A stretch of DNA of 64,000 nucleotides from Limisphaerales bacterium (GCA_965657355.1 CBFHOE010000004.1:143584-207583); one strand, 5' to 3'; counted from the first letter of the stretch, positions 1 to 9,376 are shown. Notes: generated from the sequence alone by a model not told the origin. A program made the numbers and translations.

Positions 1-728
1 GGGTCTTGCGGGGTTTGTATTAATTGCTTTAACCATGGATAGTGATCGATCCATTTAGTTTGGTTTAAAAAGTTTAAACCAGCGGATGGGTATAGAGACA
101 ATTGAGCCCATTTTGCCCATTCCTGCCACACTCTTTCTTTTGGTAGTTCTGATATTTGGTGTTTTATGGATTGGCAAAGATTTATCGTCTTATCCTCTGC
201 TTTTAGATTAAAACGACCGGCTAATTGCATCCCCCTCAATACTCTTAATGGGTCTTCAGAAAAAGCTGGTCCAACGTGCTTGAGAATACCTTGCTCCAAG
301 TCAGACTTTCCATCGAAAGGGTCGTATATTCTATCCTCCAATGGATGGTAGAGTATGGCATTGATGGTGAAATCTCTTCTTGCGCAAGCATCCATTTTTG
401 TAAGAAAAGGATCTACTTTGATATTGAACCCTTTGTGGCCTGGACCCATTTTTGAATCCCTTCGAGGTAGAGAAAAATCCAATGCCATTCCAGACCTCGT
501 TTTTAACTTAAGGGTTCCGAAAGATTTTCCAACTAAATCTGTTCTGCCGAATTTACTCAGTTGTGATTCGAGTTCGTCAAAGCCAACGCCATAAACTTCG
601 ACGTCGAAGTCGATGACGCGTCTGTTTGAAAGTAAGTCCCTCACACATCCACCCACGAGATACCCCTGCTTCAAAGCAGGCGCTTTTAGAAAGATTGTTG
701 TGAGTTCCTCTGGTAATTCAAACCTCAT
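1..728 (-). CDS. cca: CCA tRNA nucleotidyltransferase / poly(A) polymerase family protein (5' part; runs off the window start)
   Basis: Not in the ORF track because it has no stop in the window. Manual translation from ATG at 728 gives MRFELPEELTTIFLKAPALKQGYLVGGCVRDLLSNRRVIDFDVEVYG, which contains the class II nucleotidyltransferase motif A (VGGxVRD...DxD). Confidence 0.88.
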   Translation of the reverse strand, partial: MRFELPEELTTIFLKAPALKQGYLVGGCVRDLLSNRRVIDFDVEVYGVGFDELESQLSKFGRTDLVGKSFGTLKLKTRSGMALDFSLPRRDSKMGPGHKGFNIKVDPFLTKMDACARRDFTINAILYHPLEDRIYDPFDGKSDLEQGILKHVGPAFSEDPLRVLRGMQLAGRFNLKAEDKTINLCQSIKHQISELPKERVWQEWAKWAQLSLYPSAGLNFLNQTKWIDHYPWLKQLIQTPQD

Positions 729-858
729 TTTAATTCTGCCTGAGTTTTGTCTACGCAAAAGTGATTAGCCGACCGGCAAAGCAAACGTAAGTTCGATTAC
801 AAGATGAGTGGAAAAAAGAAAATTCAAAAGCATGGCTGAGTGTCTTTACAGATTCATA

Positions 859-2205
859 TTATGGCTTTGTGATAAAATCTTCTCTGTAAGACATTTTTAG
901 AATCTGCTGGACTCTATTACCTGTAAATGGAGTAAATTGAGGCCTACCTTTTACTATGAGCTGAGGCATGGACCCTTTGCCATATTTTTTGTAATGTGAG
1001 CCGTAGATGCTTGTAGAAATATCAATTTGTTTTTGTGTCCAAGGTGATAGTAAATAACTAACTAACTTTTCTGTGTTTGTTATCTCCTTGGCTAATTTTA
1101 GGGCATCTTGATATTTGGGGAATGCTGGCATGTCTAGTATTTCTTTGTCCCACCAGTGAAAGGATTTGGGGTCGGTCCTATACAAAGACATTGCTAGTTT
1201 GGCAAATTCACATGCTTCAATATGGGCTTTTTGTGTTTTAAAGCCACGAGCGGCAAGCGTGGTATTGCATTGTGCGTCAAGAGGCATAGGGGCAATGATA
1301 AAAGCAAACTTCTCAGGATACTGTCGAGTGATCCTGGTCAGCGTTTTGTGAAGGTTACGACAATATTTGCAAGTGTAGTCAACTAAAACAATGTCGATAT
1401 GATCTGCTTCCTCGCTTCCAATTATTGGCATTTTCTCCACATCTAAACCGTATGTATTGACCATTCTCTCTGCTCGAGTCTTTTTATTCGAACTCGGAGA
1501 ATTGGTTGATATTATGGTTTGCTTGTGTTGGCTCAACTCCTTTTGTCCAACCAGTTGAGGCTCCGGATTATCTGGTTCATTTCCAACAAATACCTGGGCC
1601 GTGATCGTCAAAAACCAGGCCATAATTGCAGTCCCATAAACCGCCTTGATCGACCTAGTTGTTGATTTTGCTAGTTTCGTTTTCCATACGAGTATTCCCG
1701 CAACAGAGGCGAAGACATGGGTGGCGATGCAATACGGACAGTATGATCCAATAATAAAAACCTGTAATCCGACAAAATAAATAGCAGATAAAACCACAAG
1801 AATACTGCTTGCATTCCCTAGTAAATCGAGATTCCTCTTTCCTTTGAGAGATAAACCATGACTCAAACCTATAATGATATACAGAGGCAAGGCGAGGAGG
1901 CTGACTGGGATTGGTCCAATGTAGGCATACTTGCTGGATAAGACATCATCACAGTTTGAATCTGGCCCACACCCAGCTGCTTGTGCACCCAATAAAGTCG
2001 TTCGCAGCAAATAAATGGTTATCCCAATTGCAGCGATTACAAAAATAAATCCTAAATAGTGGCGCCCCTTTTTTGATTCTTTGTTTTCATCAATGGGGCT
2101 CTTTCGTGGGCCAGTCGTCTTGACTTCTTCTCTACCGTTTTCTTGTTGTTCGTTATTCGGTTTAGATTCTTGTTTCAGTTTTTTAAGTCTTGATTTCTTA
2201 CCCAT
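859..2205 (-). CDS. Vitamin K epoxide reductase (VKOR) family protein fused to a DsbA/thioredoxin-like domain
   Basis: VKOR loop cysteines (GCGPDSNCDDVLSS), several TM helices and a CPYC motif. The C-terminal domain has DYTCKYC (DsbA-like CxxC) and an MP cis-Pro-like motif. Confidence 0.85.
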   Translation of the reverse strand: MGKKSRLKKLKQESKPNNEQQENGREEVKTTGPRKSPIDENKESKKGRHYLGFIFVIAAIGITIYLLRTTLLGAQAAGCGPDSNCDDVLSSKYAYIGPIPVSLLALPLYIIIGLSHGLSLKGKRNLDLLGNASSILVVLSAIYFVGLQVFIIGSYCPYCIATHVFASVAGILVWKTKLAKSTTRSIKAVYGTAIMAWFLTITAQVFVGNEPDNPEPQLVGQKELSQHKQTIISTNSPSSNKKTRAERMVNTYGLDVEKMPIIGSEEADHIDIVLVDYTCKYCRNLHKTLTRITRQYPEKFAFIIAPMPLDAQCNTTLAARGFKTQKAHIEACEFAKLAMSLYRTDPKSFHWWDKEILDMPAFPKYQDALKLAKEITNTEKLVSYLLSPWTQKQIDISTSIYGSHYKKYGKGSMPQLIVKGRPQFTPFTGNRVQQILKMSYREDFITKP

Positions 2206-2239
2206 AGGATCAGCGGCCTGGTTGTGAAAAATTGTTTGA

Positions 2240-3097
2240 TTATTTATCGAGCGAGTAAAAAGAAGTCGTATTATTCAGGTATATATCTTTTTGCTCACTT
2301 TCAGAGAAGTCAGCAAAGTAATCATCAAATGTATGGGCAACTTTTTGGTAGGAACCAGCTAGTGTGCATACCGGCCAGTCCGATCCAAACATGATTCTTT
2401 TGGTCGAGAAGCATTCAACGATCCAGTCCATATATGGCGTTAAGTCGTTTAATTTCCATCCAGTCCAGTCAGCTTCAGTTATCATACCAGAAATCTTACA
2501 ACTGACGTTTTTATAGTGAGACAGTTTTTTGATTAATGATTTCCATTGATCACCTTCACCATCCTTGATGTTAGGTTTTGCTATATGATCCAGGACAAAC
2601 GACTGATTTGGAAATTTTCCAACGAGAGATATGGCAGCAGGTAGTTGTTTGGGAAAAATCAAAATATCATATGTCAGACCAAATTTTTCAAGTTCGGATA
2701 TGCCATTCTGAAATTCCTTGCCCAACATAAAATCCACATCAGGTTCGTCCTGCACAACGTGTCTCACTCCTTTAAACTTAGAGTGAGGAACAAACTGAGC
2801 GATTTGATCTGCAACATTTTTTGATCTTAGATCGACCCAGCCAACTACCCCCTTTATTAGATCTGGTGCCTCATCGGCTAGCTCGAGAAGCCACTTGGAC
2901 TCTTTTATCGTTTGCCTCGCTTGCACCGCTACAGATCCATCAAATGAGGTGCCTTTCTGAAGGGTTTTAAGATCTTGAGGCAATCTGTCTTGTCTGAGTG
3001 GAGCTAAAGGCGCTGCATCCATCCAAGAATATTCTGTTTTAGAATAAACCCAAAAATGTTGGTGTGAATCAATTCCTTTAAATGAATTTTCAGACAT
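2240..3097 (-). CDS. Amidohydrolase family protein (L-fuconolactonase-like sugar lactonase)
   Basis: IDSHQHFW, LDHIAKP, CKISG and FGSDWPV motifs of Amidohydro_2 sugar lactonases. Confidence 0.85.
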   Translation of the reverse strand: MSENSFKGIDSHQHFWVYSKTEYSWMDAAPLAPLRQDRLPQDLKTLQKGTSFDGSVAVQARQTIKESKWLLELADEAPDLIKGVVGWVDLRSKNVADQIAQFVPHSKFKGVRHVVQDEPDVDFMLGKEFQNGISELEKFGLTYDILIFPKQLPAAISLVGKFPNQSFVLDHIAKPNIKDGEGDQWKSLIKKLSHYKNVSCKISGMITEADWTGWKLNDLTPYMDWIVECFSTKRIMFGSDWPVCTLAGSYQKVAHTFDDYFADFSESEQKDIYLNNTTSFYSLDK

Positions 3098-3116
3098 AAA
3101 AGAAAAAATTTATACT

Positions 3117-4157
3117 TTATTGCAGAACAGCATCATCAACTTCGATGATAGCTTTTATGGCACCCGTTTCTGGCTTTACAAAATTTTCAAAAGTTTCATC
3201 CAGTTGGCTCAACTTTGTGTGATGTGTAATCCATGTATTAGTATTAATATTTCCTTCTTCGATCAGTTTTATAATTCGTGTAAAGTCCGAGGCAACGGCA
3301 TTTCTGGAGCATAAAATAGAACCTTCTTTTCTGTGGAGGATGGGGTGTAGAAAAGATATTTCCTGGGTAGTGATGCCCACGTAAACCAAGCGACCGGTAT
3401 GTGCCAGATAATGTATAGCATTGGACATTGAATTATTGTTTCCCGTGGCGTCGACGACCACGTTAAATCCATTACCATTGGTGATAGAATCGAAAGCCTT
3501 TTTTTCCGATTCATCGCCTTTGAAAGGAACAATATGATGAACTCCCAGTTTTTCTTTGCAAAAATTGAGCCGACTTTCATTCATATCTAGAACAGTGATT
3601 TCACTGCCGGTAAGCCGGGCAAATTCAATAACAGAAAGACCTATTGGGCCGGCCCCAATCACCAGGGTTTTTTCCTTCGGAGTTGGGTTGCCCCTGTCAA
3701 TCGCATGACATCCAATCGCAAGCGTCTCGACAAGTGCAAGTTGCTCAAAAGAAAGGGAGGAGCTTGGGTGAAGTTTGTCTGCCCGTATGTTGAAAAAAGG
3801 TCGCATGCCACCATCAATATGGACTCCAATGACTTCTAAGTTTTCGCAGCAGTTTGTATAACCACGTCTGCTGGAGAAACTCTCAATGTTGTTCATATAT
3901 GGCTCAACTGAACATTTGTCGCCAGGGCTTACATTGGAGACATCCGAGGCGACCTCCACTACTTCCACCCCCAGTTCATGCCCAGGAATCCTTGGGTAAC
4001 TAAAGAATGGCATTTTGCCTAAAAATCCTGAAATGTCGGTCCCACAAATCCCGATGTTATGGACCCTGACTTTTGCCATCCCAGCACTTAATGGCTCTAT
4101 TTTTGGGGCTTCTTTAATAGAAATTTTTCCTGGTTCTTCAAAATATGCTGCTTTCAT
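3117..4157 (-). CDS. Zinc-binding alcohol/sugar-acid dehydrogenase (L-galactonate/L-gulonate 5-dehydrogenase-like)
   Basis: GICGTD, GHE and GAGPIG Rossmann motifs, plus SRNA near the C-terminus. Confidence 0.85.
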   Translation of the reverse strand: MKAAYFEEPGKISIKEAPKIEPLSAGMAKVRVHNIGICGTDISGFLGKMPFFSYPRIPGHELGVEVVEVASDVSNVSPGDKCSVEPYMNNIESFSSRRGYTNCCENLEVIGVHIDGGMRPFFNIRADKLHPSSSLSFEQLALVETLAIGCHAIDRGNPTPKEKTLVIGAGPIGLSVIEFARLTGSEITVLDMNESRLNFCKEKLGVHHIVPFKGDESEKKAFDSITNGNGFNVVVDATGNNNSMSNAIHYLAHTGRLVYVGITTQEISFLHPILHRKEGSILCSRNAVASDFTRIIKLIEEGNINTNTWITHHTKLSQLDETFENFVKPETGAIKAIIEVDDAVLQ

Positions 4158-4201
4158 TTACTGGTGATACTTATGTTTAAATTTAAGTTGTTGGTATTAT
4201 A

Positions 4202-5134
4202 TTAATTATTTTGTGGAAGGCCTTCAGTGTGACCTAGGTTTTTGACCGGCGCTAGAAGCTCCAGAACTTCTTGGACAAGCTCTTGGTCTATTGGTTCGCT
4301 GGCCCACTGCGCCCAATTGCGGATATTATTTGGATTCGCAGAACCGGCAATTGTAGTTGTGATGTCTTCATTGCTGAAAATGGAATATTGGAGGGCTAGT
4401 TTGGCAATGTCTACCCCCTTTGATTGACAATACTCCGCTACCTTTTTACACGTCGCCTTTACTTCTGCTGGCTCTTTGTGCCACTCTGGTAAAATCGAAT
4501 TGGTCAACAATCGTGCTGCGAACGGCCCGGCATTCATGATCCCAACACCTTTCTCTTTGAAGTAAGGAACAAGATCACCAAGTTTCGTATTCTGCAATGT
4601 ATACTGATTGTAGGACAAGATCACGTCGACTTCAATTTGGTCTAATATGAAAGGGAATATCTTCATAGGATATCCTGAAAACCCAATATATTTTACTTTC
4701 CCTTGTTCTTTTGCTTTCAGCATGGCTGGAATTGTTTCGTCCACGATCTGCTGCATCTCCACAAATTCTATGTCATGGGCGAGAATGATATCTAAGTGGT
4801 TAACCCCGAGTCGATGGAGACTGACGTCAATACTCTCCTGAACTCGCTTTGCTGAAAAATCAAAGTGTTGCAGATCATATCTCCCCAGTTTTGTGCACAA
4901 AGAATAACTTTCCCTTGGAACGTCTCGGAGGGCGACACCTAACAGGACTTCAGACATCCCTCTGCCATAAAACGGCGAAGTATCTATGAAATTCATCCCT
5001 AAATCTAATGCCACCCTGACGGATTCCATGGCTTCATTCAAAGTGACAGACCTGAATTCCTGGCCCAGGGAAGATGCCCCAAATCCGACTACTGGGATTT
5101 CAAGGTCTGTTTTGCCTAATTTCCTTTTATTCAT
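4202..5134 (-). CDS. Aldo/keto reductase (L-galactose/L-fucose dehydrogenase-like)
   Basis: AKR motifs FIDTSPFYG, TKLGRY, SLHRLG..LD...HD. Confidence 0.85.
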   Translation of the reverse strand: MNKRKLGKTDLEIPVVGFGASSLGQEFRSVTLNEAMESVRVALDLGMNFIDTSPFYGRGMSEVLLGVALRDVPRESYSLCTKLGRYDLQHFDFSAKRVQESIDVSLHRLGVNHLDIILAHDIEFVEMQQIVDETIPAMLKAKEQGKVKYIGFSGYPMKIFPFILDQIEVDVILSYNQYTLQNTKLGDLVPYFKEKGVGIMNAGPFAARLLTNSILPEWHKEPAEVKATCKKVAEYCQSKGVDIAKLALQYSIFSNEDITTTIAGSANPNNIRNWAQWASEPIDQELVQEVLELLAPVKNLGHTEGLPQNN

Positions 5135-5155
5135 AAAATTTTATACGATTAGGAA

Positions 5156-5971
5156 TTATTTGAGATATGTTCTAAATGCTTCGATCGTTTTTTTAGCTGC
5201 GGTTTTTGAATCCGGAACTGGGAATGCTTCGGCAGATGCATAGCCAGAATATCCAATCTTTTTTAATGCGGCGCCGATAGGGAGGAAATCGGTGTGTCCG
5301 AGCCCTGTTGCTTTTCGGTTTGAATCTACGAAGTGGACATGCCCTACAAATTCTTTAGCATCTTCCAGTGCTTGCGCCACGTTAGTTTCTTCTATGTTCA
5401 TATGAAAGAGGTCACAGAGAAGCTTTACATTTTCTATACCGTTTTGTTTTAAGAATTCGATGGCGGAACCGGTTGTATTGAATAAGTTTGTTTCATACCT
5501 GTTAAGTGGTTCGTAAAGAAAACAAGTGCCACACTCTTGGGCGAATTTTCCAAGTTCTTTGAGGGCTGCCGTCAAATATTCCAATGCTACAGGTTTGGGC
5601 ACAACAGTATCCCAGCGCCCTTGCATCGATCCCAAAATCGCTGGAGCCCCATAAACGGAACCAGCCTCGATAATTCCTTTTATAAAATCAATAGAATGCT
5701 CTCTTTTTTGGGGGTCTGAGTCGCATAGTTGCCATTTATTCTTTACCCATCCCCCCCCGGTTCCGACAGCAGAAAGAGAGAGGTCCAATTCGGTCAATGT
5801 TTCCTTGATTGGAAGGGATTTAATGACTTCAGCGGAGGGCGCAAATAATTCCACGGAATCAAAACCTAATTCTTTAGCCGTTCTGCAACTAGCTTCCCAT
5901 CCGTCCCAGAAGACAAAAGGTCCGCCTTTTGCCTCCTCCACCAAAGATATTGTAATGCTGGATTTTATCAC
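5156..5971 (-). CDS. Sugar phosphate isomerase/epimerase (AP endonuclease 2 TIM barrel; keto-sugar acid epimerase-like)
   Basis: YEPLNRYE, DLFHMNIEE, HVHFVDSNR and GLGH motifs. Likely start is GTG at 5971; the ORF track extends it to 6064. Confidence 0.82.
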   Translation of the reverse strand: MIKSSITISLVEEAKGGPFVFWDGWEASCRTAKELGFDSVELFAPSAEVIKSLPIKETLTELDLSLSAVGTGGGWVKNKWQLCDSDPQKREHSIDFIKGIIEAGSVYGAPAILGSMQGRWDTVVPKPVALEYLTAALKELGKFAQECGTCFLYEPLNRYETNLFNTTGSAIEFLKQNGIENVKLLCDLFHMNIEETNVAQALEDAKEFVGHVHFVDSNRKATGLGHTDFLPIGAALKKIGYSGYASAEAFPVPDSKTAAKKTIEAFRTYLK

Positions 5972-6095
5972 TTTTTGAAAAATTATGTGTGTCTGACAAT
6001 AATAAGGTAATGGAAACATGTCCATGAAACTATGAGGCTCTTGACTTGCTGCATGCCTGGACATTTTTGGAATAGCTGGATAATGTCAGCACCTC

Positions 6096-6578
6096 ATGGT
6101 ATTTGAATATGTCAAAGCAGATTTAAGAGTTCAATCTCATGCATCAGCGGTTGTTGAAATGGTAAATTCTCTTGCTGAAGATGAGATAAGTGGTTGCCAG
6201 CCTCTTGACGAACGAACAAGGCAGCAACTTATTCCCGCTCTGAGAAAGTATCCAAATAGTTTTACCATTCTTTCATTCGTGGATGGCAAAACTGCCGGAA
6301 TGTCTCTGTGTTTCGAATCTCTCTCTTCATTCAAAGCCCGCCCCATAGTCAACATTCATGATTTTGTTGTAAAAAAAGAATTTCGTGGCCTGGGAATAGC
6401 AAATGGGTTACTCAAGGCAACTGAAAAGGAGGCTAAAGAACGCAAGGCATGTAAATTAACCTTGGAAGTATTAGAGGGAAATACACTGGCTCGAAAGATT
6501 TACACCAAATACGGTTTCTGTGGATACGAATTGGACCCAAATAACGGCAAGGCTCTTTTTTGGGAAAAATCCCTATAG
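6096..6578 (+). CDS. GNAT family N-acetyltransferase
   Basis: Acetyl-CoA binding motif VVKKEFRGLGIA and C-terminal N..A...Y.KYGF. Confidence 0.88.
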   Translation: MVFEYVKADLRVQSHASAVVEMVNSLAEDEISGCQPLDERTRQQLIPALRKYPNSFTILSFVDGKTAGMSLCFESLSSFKARPIVNIHDFVVKKEFRGLGIANGLLKATEKEAKERKACKLTLEVLEGNTLARKIYTKYGFCGYELDPNNGKALFWEKSL

Positions 6579-6602
6579 CCCGGCTCATACCGATTCGTTG
6601 GT

Positions 6603-8177
6603 TTATCCTCTAAGGGGTAATTCAAAATAAACTGTTTTCACAATACCTCCTAACTTGAATTGGACAAACGTCCTGTAGATGCCGTCCTTAGGAGGCAAAT
6701 AAGGGAAAACAATCTCCCCTTTGTTCTTTGATGCATCTACCTTTTTCCATGCCATCAGACTTTCCTCCACAGTCGGTAGCTCGCAAATAGGCTCCGCAGT
6801 TCCGGTCTTTCTGGGCGCTTCGCCAGTATCTCTTAGCTCAGCTAACTTAGCTGCAGCCATGGATATGTTTCCCGTTGGGTGCAAGTGCGTATAGACCGTT
6901 CCCTCCTTGTTAATCACAATGGCATGGCCAGACATCCCGAGATAAAGCTCAGGGTCTATTGGCTGTCCTGATGGATCCAATAGCTGAAAAGTGAGTTGAT
7001 TCGATGGGTCATTTAAGTTTCTACCAACCCATTCAAGGTCGAAATCAGGGTTTTCCCATTTGGTCATTGTTGATGCGGTACTGGATTTTTCGAGCTGAAA
7101 AAAACTATCATCCACATCAATGGATTTGGAATTTTTACGAACCCATGCCGCCTCTGCTTCTCCCAATCTATCGATTGTTTTTAAATTTTCCTCAATTTTG
7201 ATGGTTCCCAATAACGTTTGACTAAAGCCTGTCTCTTGAGAGATATCGATGAATAATTGGTAATCACCTTGAGGGATATCATTATTAAAAAAAGACCAAA
7301 ACACTTCTTTGTTAAATTTACTTGGATGGAGGTGTGCCGCATAGACCAATGATTTTTCGGTGTATTTATTGACCACGAAGGCATGCATTATCTTTCCATG
7401 ATCAGAAATAATAGGTCCATTCCGATATAATTTGTCTCCTGGAGCTTGAATCCTTAGCCCGAGTGTGTGCGGTGCATCCTCCAGTTTGAAAATATCTGAT
7501 TTGGCTTGTATTGGTTTAAAAAGCCTATTGCTTTTGTAATTTTCTTCCTCCTGATTCCACCATTGCTTTCCAAAAAAAAGCGCATAACCAATAATTCCTG
7601 AAAAAACAAAGGTAACCAAATTCGCGGCATAAATTGCTCTTCTGCCAGGTGACTTGTTTTTTCCAAGCGTCGAAAAGGCTACAGTTTGTCTGATAATTGC
7701 CAGGAGAAAGATAACAAGGAAAATGAGAAAACCGAAAAGAAGCATTTGAATGGGTAGACTCATTGTCGGAGTGTTTGTTGCAATAGATGAATATGGGACG
7801 TAAGCGGTATCCTCTCCATTTTTACTTTTTGCTGTAATGTTAATCGAGTAAGCACTTCCTGTCATGATCCAGAGCTCTGACTCGTAGAGACCTGGCTCGC
7901 CTTTGACTGGAACGGCAATGTCGGGGGGAGGAGATCCTTGTTTGCCCAATGACCAATGAAGTGGTTGAACGGATACAGAGTCGAGTTCAAAGTCTTTTTC
8001 GAATCGTATGAAAATCCTTGCAATGCCAGGAATGACACTTGGTTTTTTCACCGTTATCCTCGCGGGATATTGGCCTATTAAGGTTTGTTGAATAATATTT
8101 TTCTGCCCAAGATGGCCGTGGGCGATCATTGGTAGGAAAGCTAAAATATAAACTAATATGGGTGCGTTAAATTTCAT
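6603..8177 (-). CDS. Exported membrane-anchored His-rich putative metal (copper)-binding protein with PmoB-like topology
   Basis: Likely start is ATG 8177; the ORF-track extension to 8357 overlaps the upstream gene. Signal peptide ends AHG|H, followed by a soluble domain, two TM helices and a large domain with DHGKIMH, HLHP, YLGMSGH and a second HLHP. Confidence 0.6.
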   Translation of the reverse strand: MKFNAPILVYILAFLPMIAHGHLGQKNIIQQTLIGQYPARITVKKPSVIPGIARIFIRFEKDFELDSVSVQPLHWSLGKQGSPPPDIAVPVKGEPGLYESELWIMTGSAYSINITAKSKNGEDTAYVPYSSIATNTPTMSLPIQMLLFGFLIFLVIFLLAIIRQTVAFSTLGKNKSPGRRAIYAANLVTFVFSGIIGYALFFGKQWWNQEEENYKSNRLFKPIQAKSDIFKLEDAPHTLGLRIQAPGDKLYRNGPIISDHGKIMHAFVVNKYTEKSLVYAAHLHPSKFNKEVFWSFFNNDIPQGDYQLFIDISQETGFSQTLLGTIKIEENLKTIDRLGEAEAAWVRKNSKSIDVDDSFFQLEKSSTASTMTKWENPDFDLEWVGRNLNDPSNQLTFQLLDPSGQPIDPELYLGMSGHAIVINKEGTVYTHLHPTGNISMAAAKLAELRDTGEAPRKTGTAEPICELPTVEESLMAWKKVDASKNKGEIVFPYLPPKDGIYRTFVQFKLGGIVKTVYFELPLRG

Positions 8178-8200
8178 CAATTTGATAAATAAATACAATT

Positions 8201-9376
8201 TCAGCGTCGTATTCTCCCCATCCACAGGCCTGCAAGAATAGCGAGTAAGCAAGATCCAAAGGCATAGTAAAAAAGGTATTGGTGTTGGCCGAGATCCTCT
8301 ACCGCGGTGTTCCAAAAACGATAACTCCAAGGGCCTAATGTTTCCTGGTAACCCCAATGTTTATGTGTTGCAAAAAACCAATTTTGAGCTGATTCAGAGA
8401 GTAGAAAAGAACCGAAATGATATTGGGTATAAAAAAAAGTTACTGTAAAAAAAAGTGGTGCCAACAATATAATAATCACATTGGATAAAAAGGGGTTGGC
8501 TTTTTCGAGGGAAAATCTAATCAAGTCCAAAGCTAAACCAGGTATTATCAAGAGTAATGGAAATGGCAGTGGAACAAAATGATCAACGGGGTTGTTGATG
8601 GGAGCCAACATGGGCTGCGCCTTGAAGAGAGGAAGTATCCAGACCGATAGACAAATGAGAAACATATAGATACCTCCTATTGCTGTTCCCGCCCATCTCC
8701 ATTTGGTAGCTTTGGCGATTCCCAATAAATAAAAAGGGTAAGTCGCACATGAAACGATAAAAAAGGTTTTTGATCGGTATTGGTTTGGCCAGCTAAGCTC
8801 TATCAGAACAGTGCCTGCCATGGCGAGGAGGATTCCTCCCCCCATAACCATTAGCCAAGGTGATCTTTTTAAACCTATTCCGGTTTCGCTATTCGAATTG
8901 TTCCAATCTTTAGCGAGCAGTAATAAACCCCCAAAAACAACGCAAAACATTCCCAAAGCCAAGACCATGTGCGGTGGACTAAGAATTTTAACGTCGATTC
9001 CGTACGCGTTGTGCCACCAATCATCAAATGGCGCCGATGCTAGCATTGCCATATTTCCAAAAAGGCATACCCAAGCGCCCGTTGGCGCTCTAAGTGGGCC
9101 GATTGGAATGGAAGTTCGATATTCATTTGACGACTTAATAAATGAAGATCTCAAAATGAGGTAACCCGAGACGACACCACCAACAATACCTCCGATATGA
9201 ATAGCTATGTGAGCTGGAGTCCAGAATGTATCTCGCCCGATACTTCTGTGCCAACTGATATCCCATAAAATTCCGATAATAATACTAAGTGATCCCAATA
9301 TGATAGCGTAGCAATACCAGGGTGAACTACTGTCATGCCCGGGCTTTGCGCTTTCGCATTCGGTCCGATTATTCAT
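8201..9376 (-). CDS. Polytopic membrane protein with PmoC/AmoC-like copper-site motifs (putative PmoC-PmoA-like fusion)
   Basis: About 9-11 hydrophobic segments. Motifs WDISWHRSIGRDTFWTPAH and FDDWWHNAYGIDVKILSPPH. Start at ATG 9376 or 9421. Confidence 0.6.
   Translation of the reverse strand: MNNRTECESAKPGHDSSSPWYCYAIILGSLSIIIGILWDISWHRSIGRDTFWTPAHIAIHIGGIVGGVVSGYLILRSSFIKSSNEYRTSIPIGPLRAPTGAWVCLFGNMAMLASAPFDDWWHNAYGIDVKILSPPHMVLALGMFCVVFGGLLLLAKDWNNSNSETGIGLKRSPWLMVMGGGILLAMAGTVLIELSWPNQYRSKTFFIVSCATYPFYLLGIAKATKWRWAGTAIGGIYMFLICLSVWILPLFKAQPMLAPINNPVDHFVPLPFPLLLIIPGLALDLIRFSLEKANPFLSNVIIILLAPLFFTVTFFYTQYHFGSFLLSESAQNWFFATHKHWGYQETLGPWSYRFWNTAVEDLGQHQYLFYYAFGSCLLAILAGLWMGRIRR

Noticed and set aside
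166..594. Short + strand ORFs here and the many short antisense or nested ORFs throughout the track
   Set aside because: They are shadow ORFs overlapping well-supported genes (here cca on the minus strand).
8178..8357. N-terminal extension of the 584-aa ORF overlapping the upstream membrane protein
   Set aside because: A clear signal peptide starts at ATG 8177. The extension is an alternative frame of the upstream gene.
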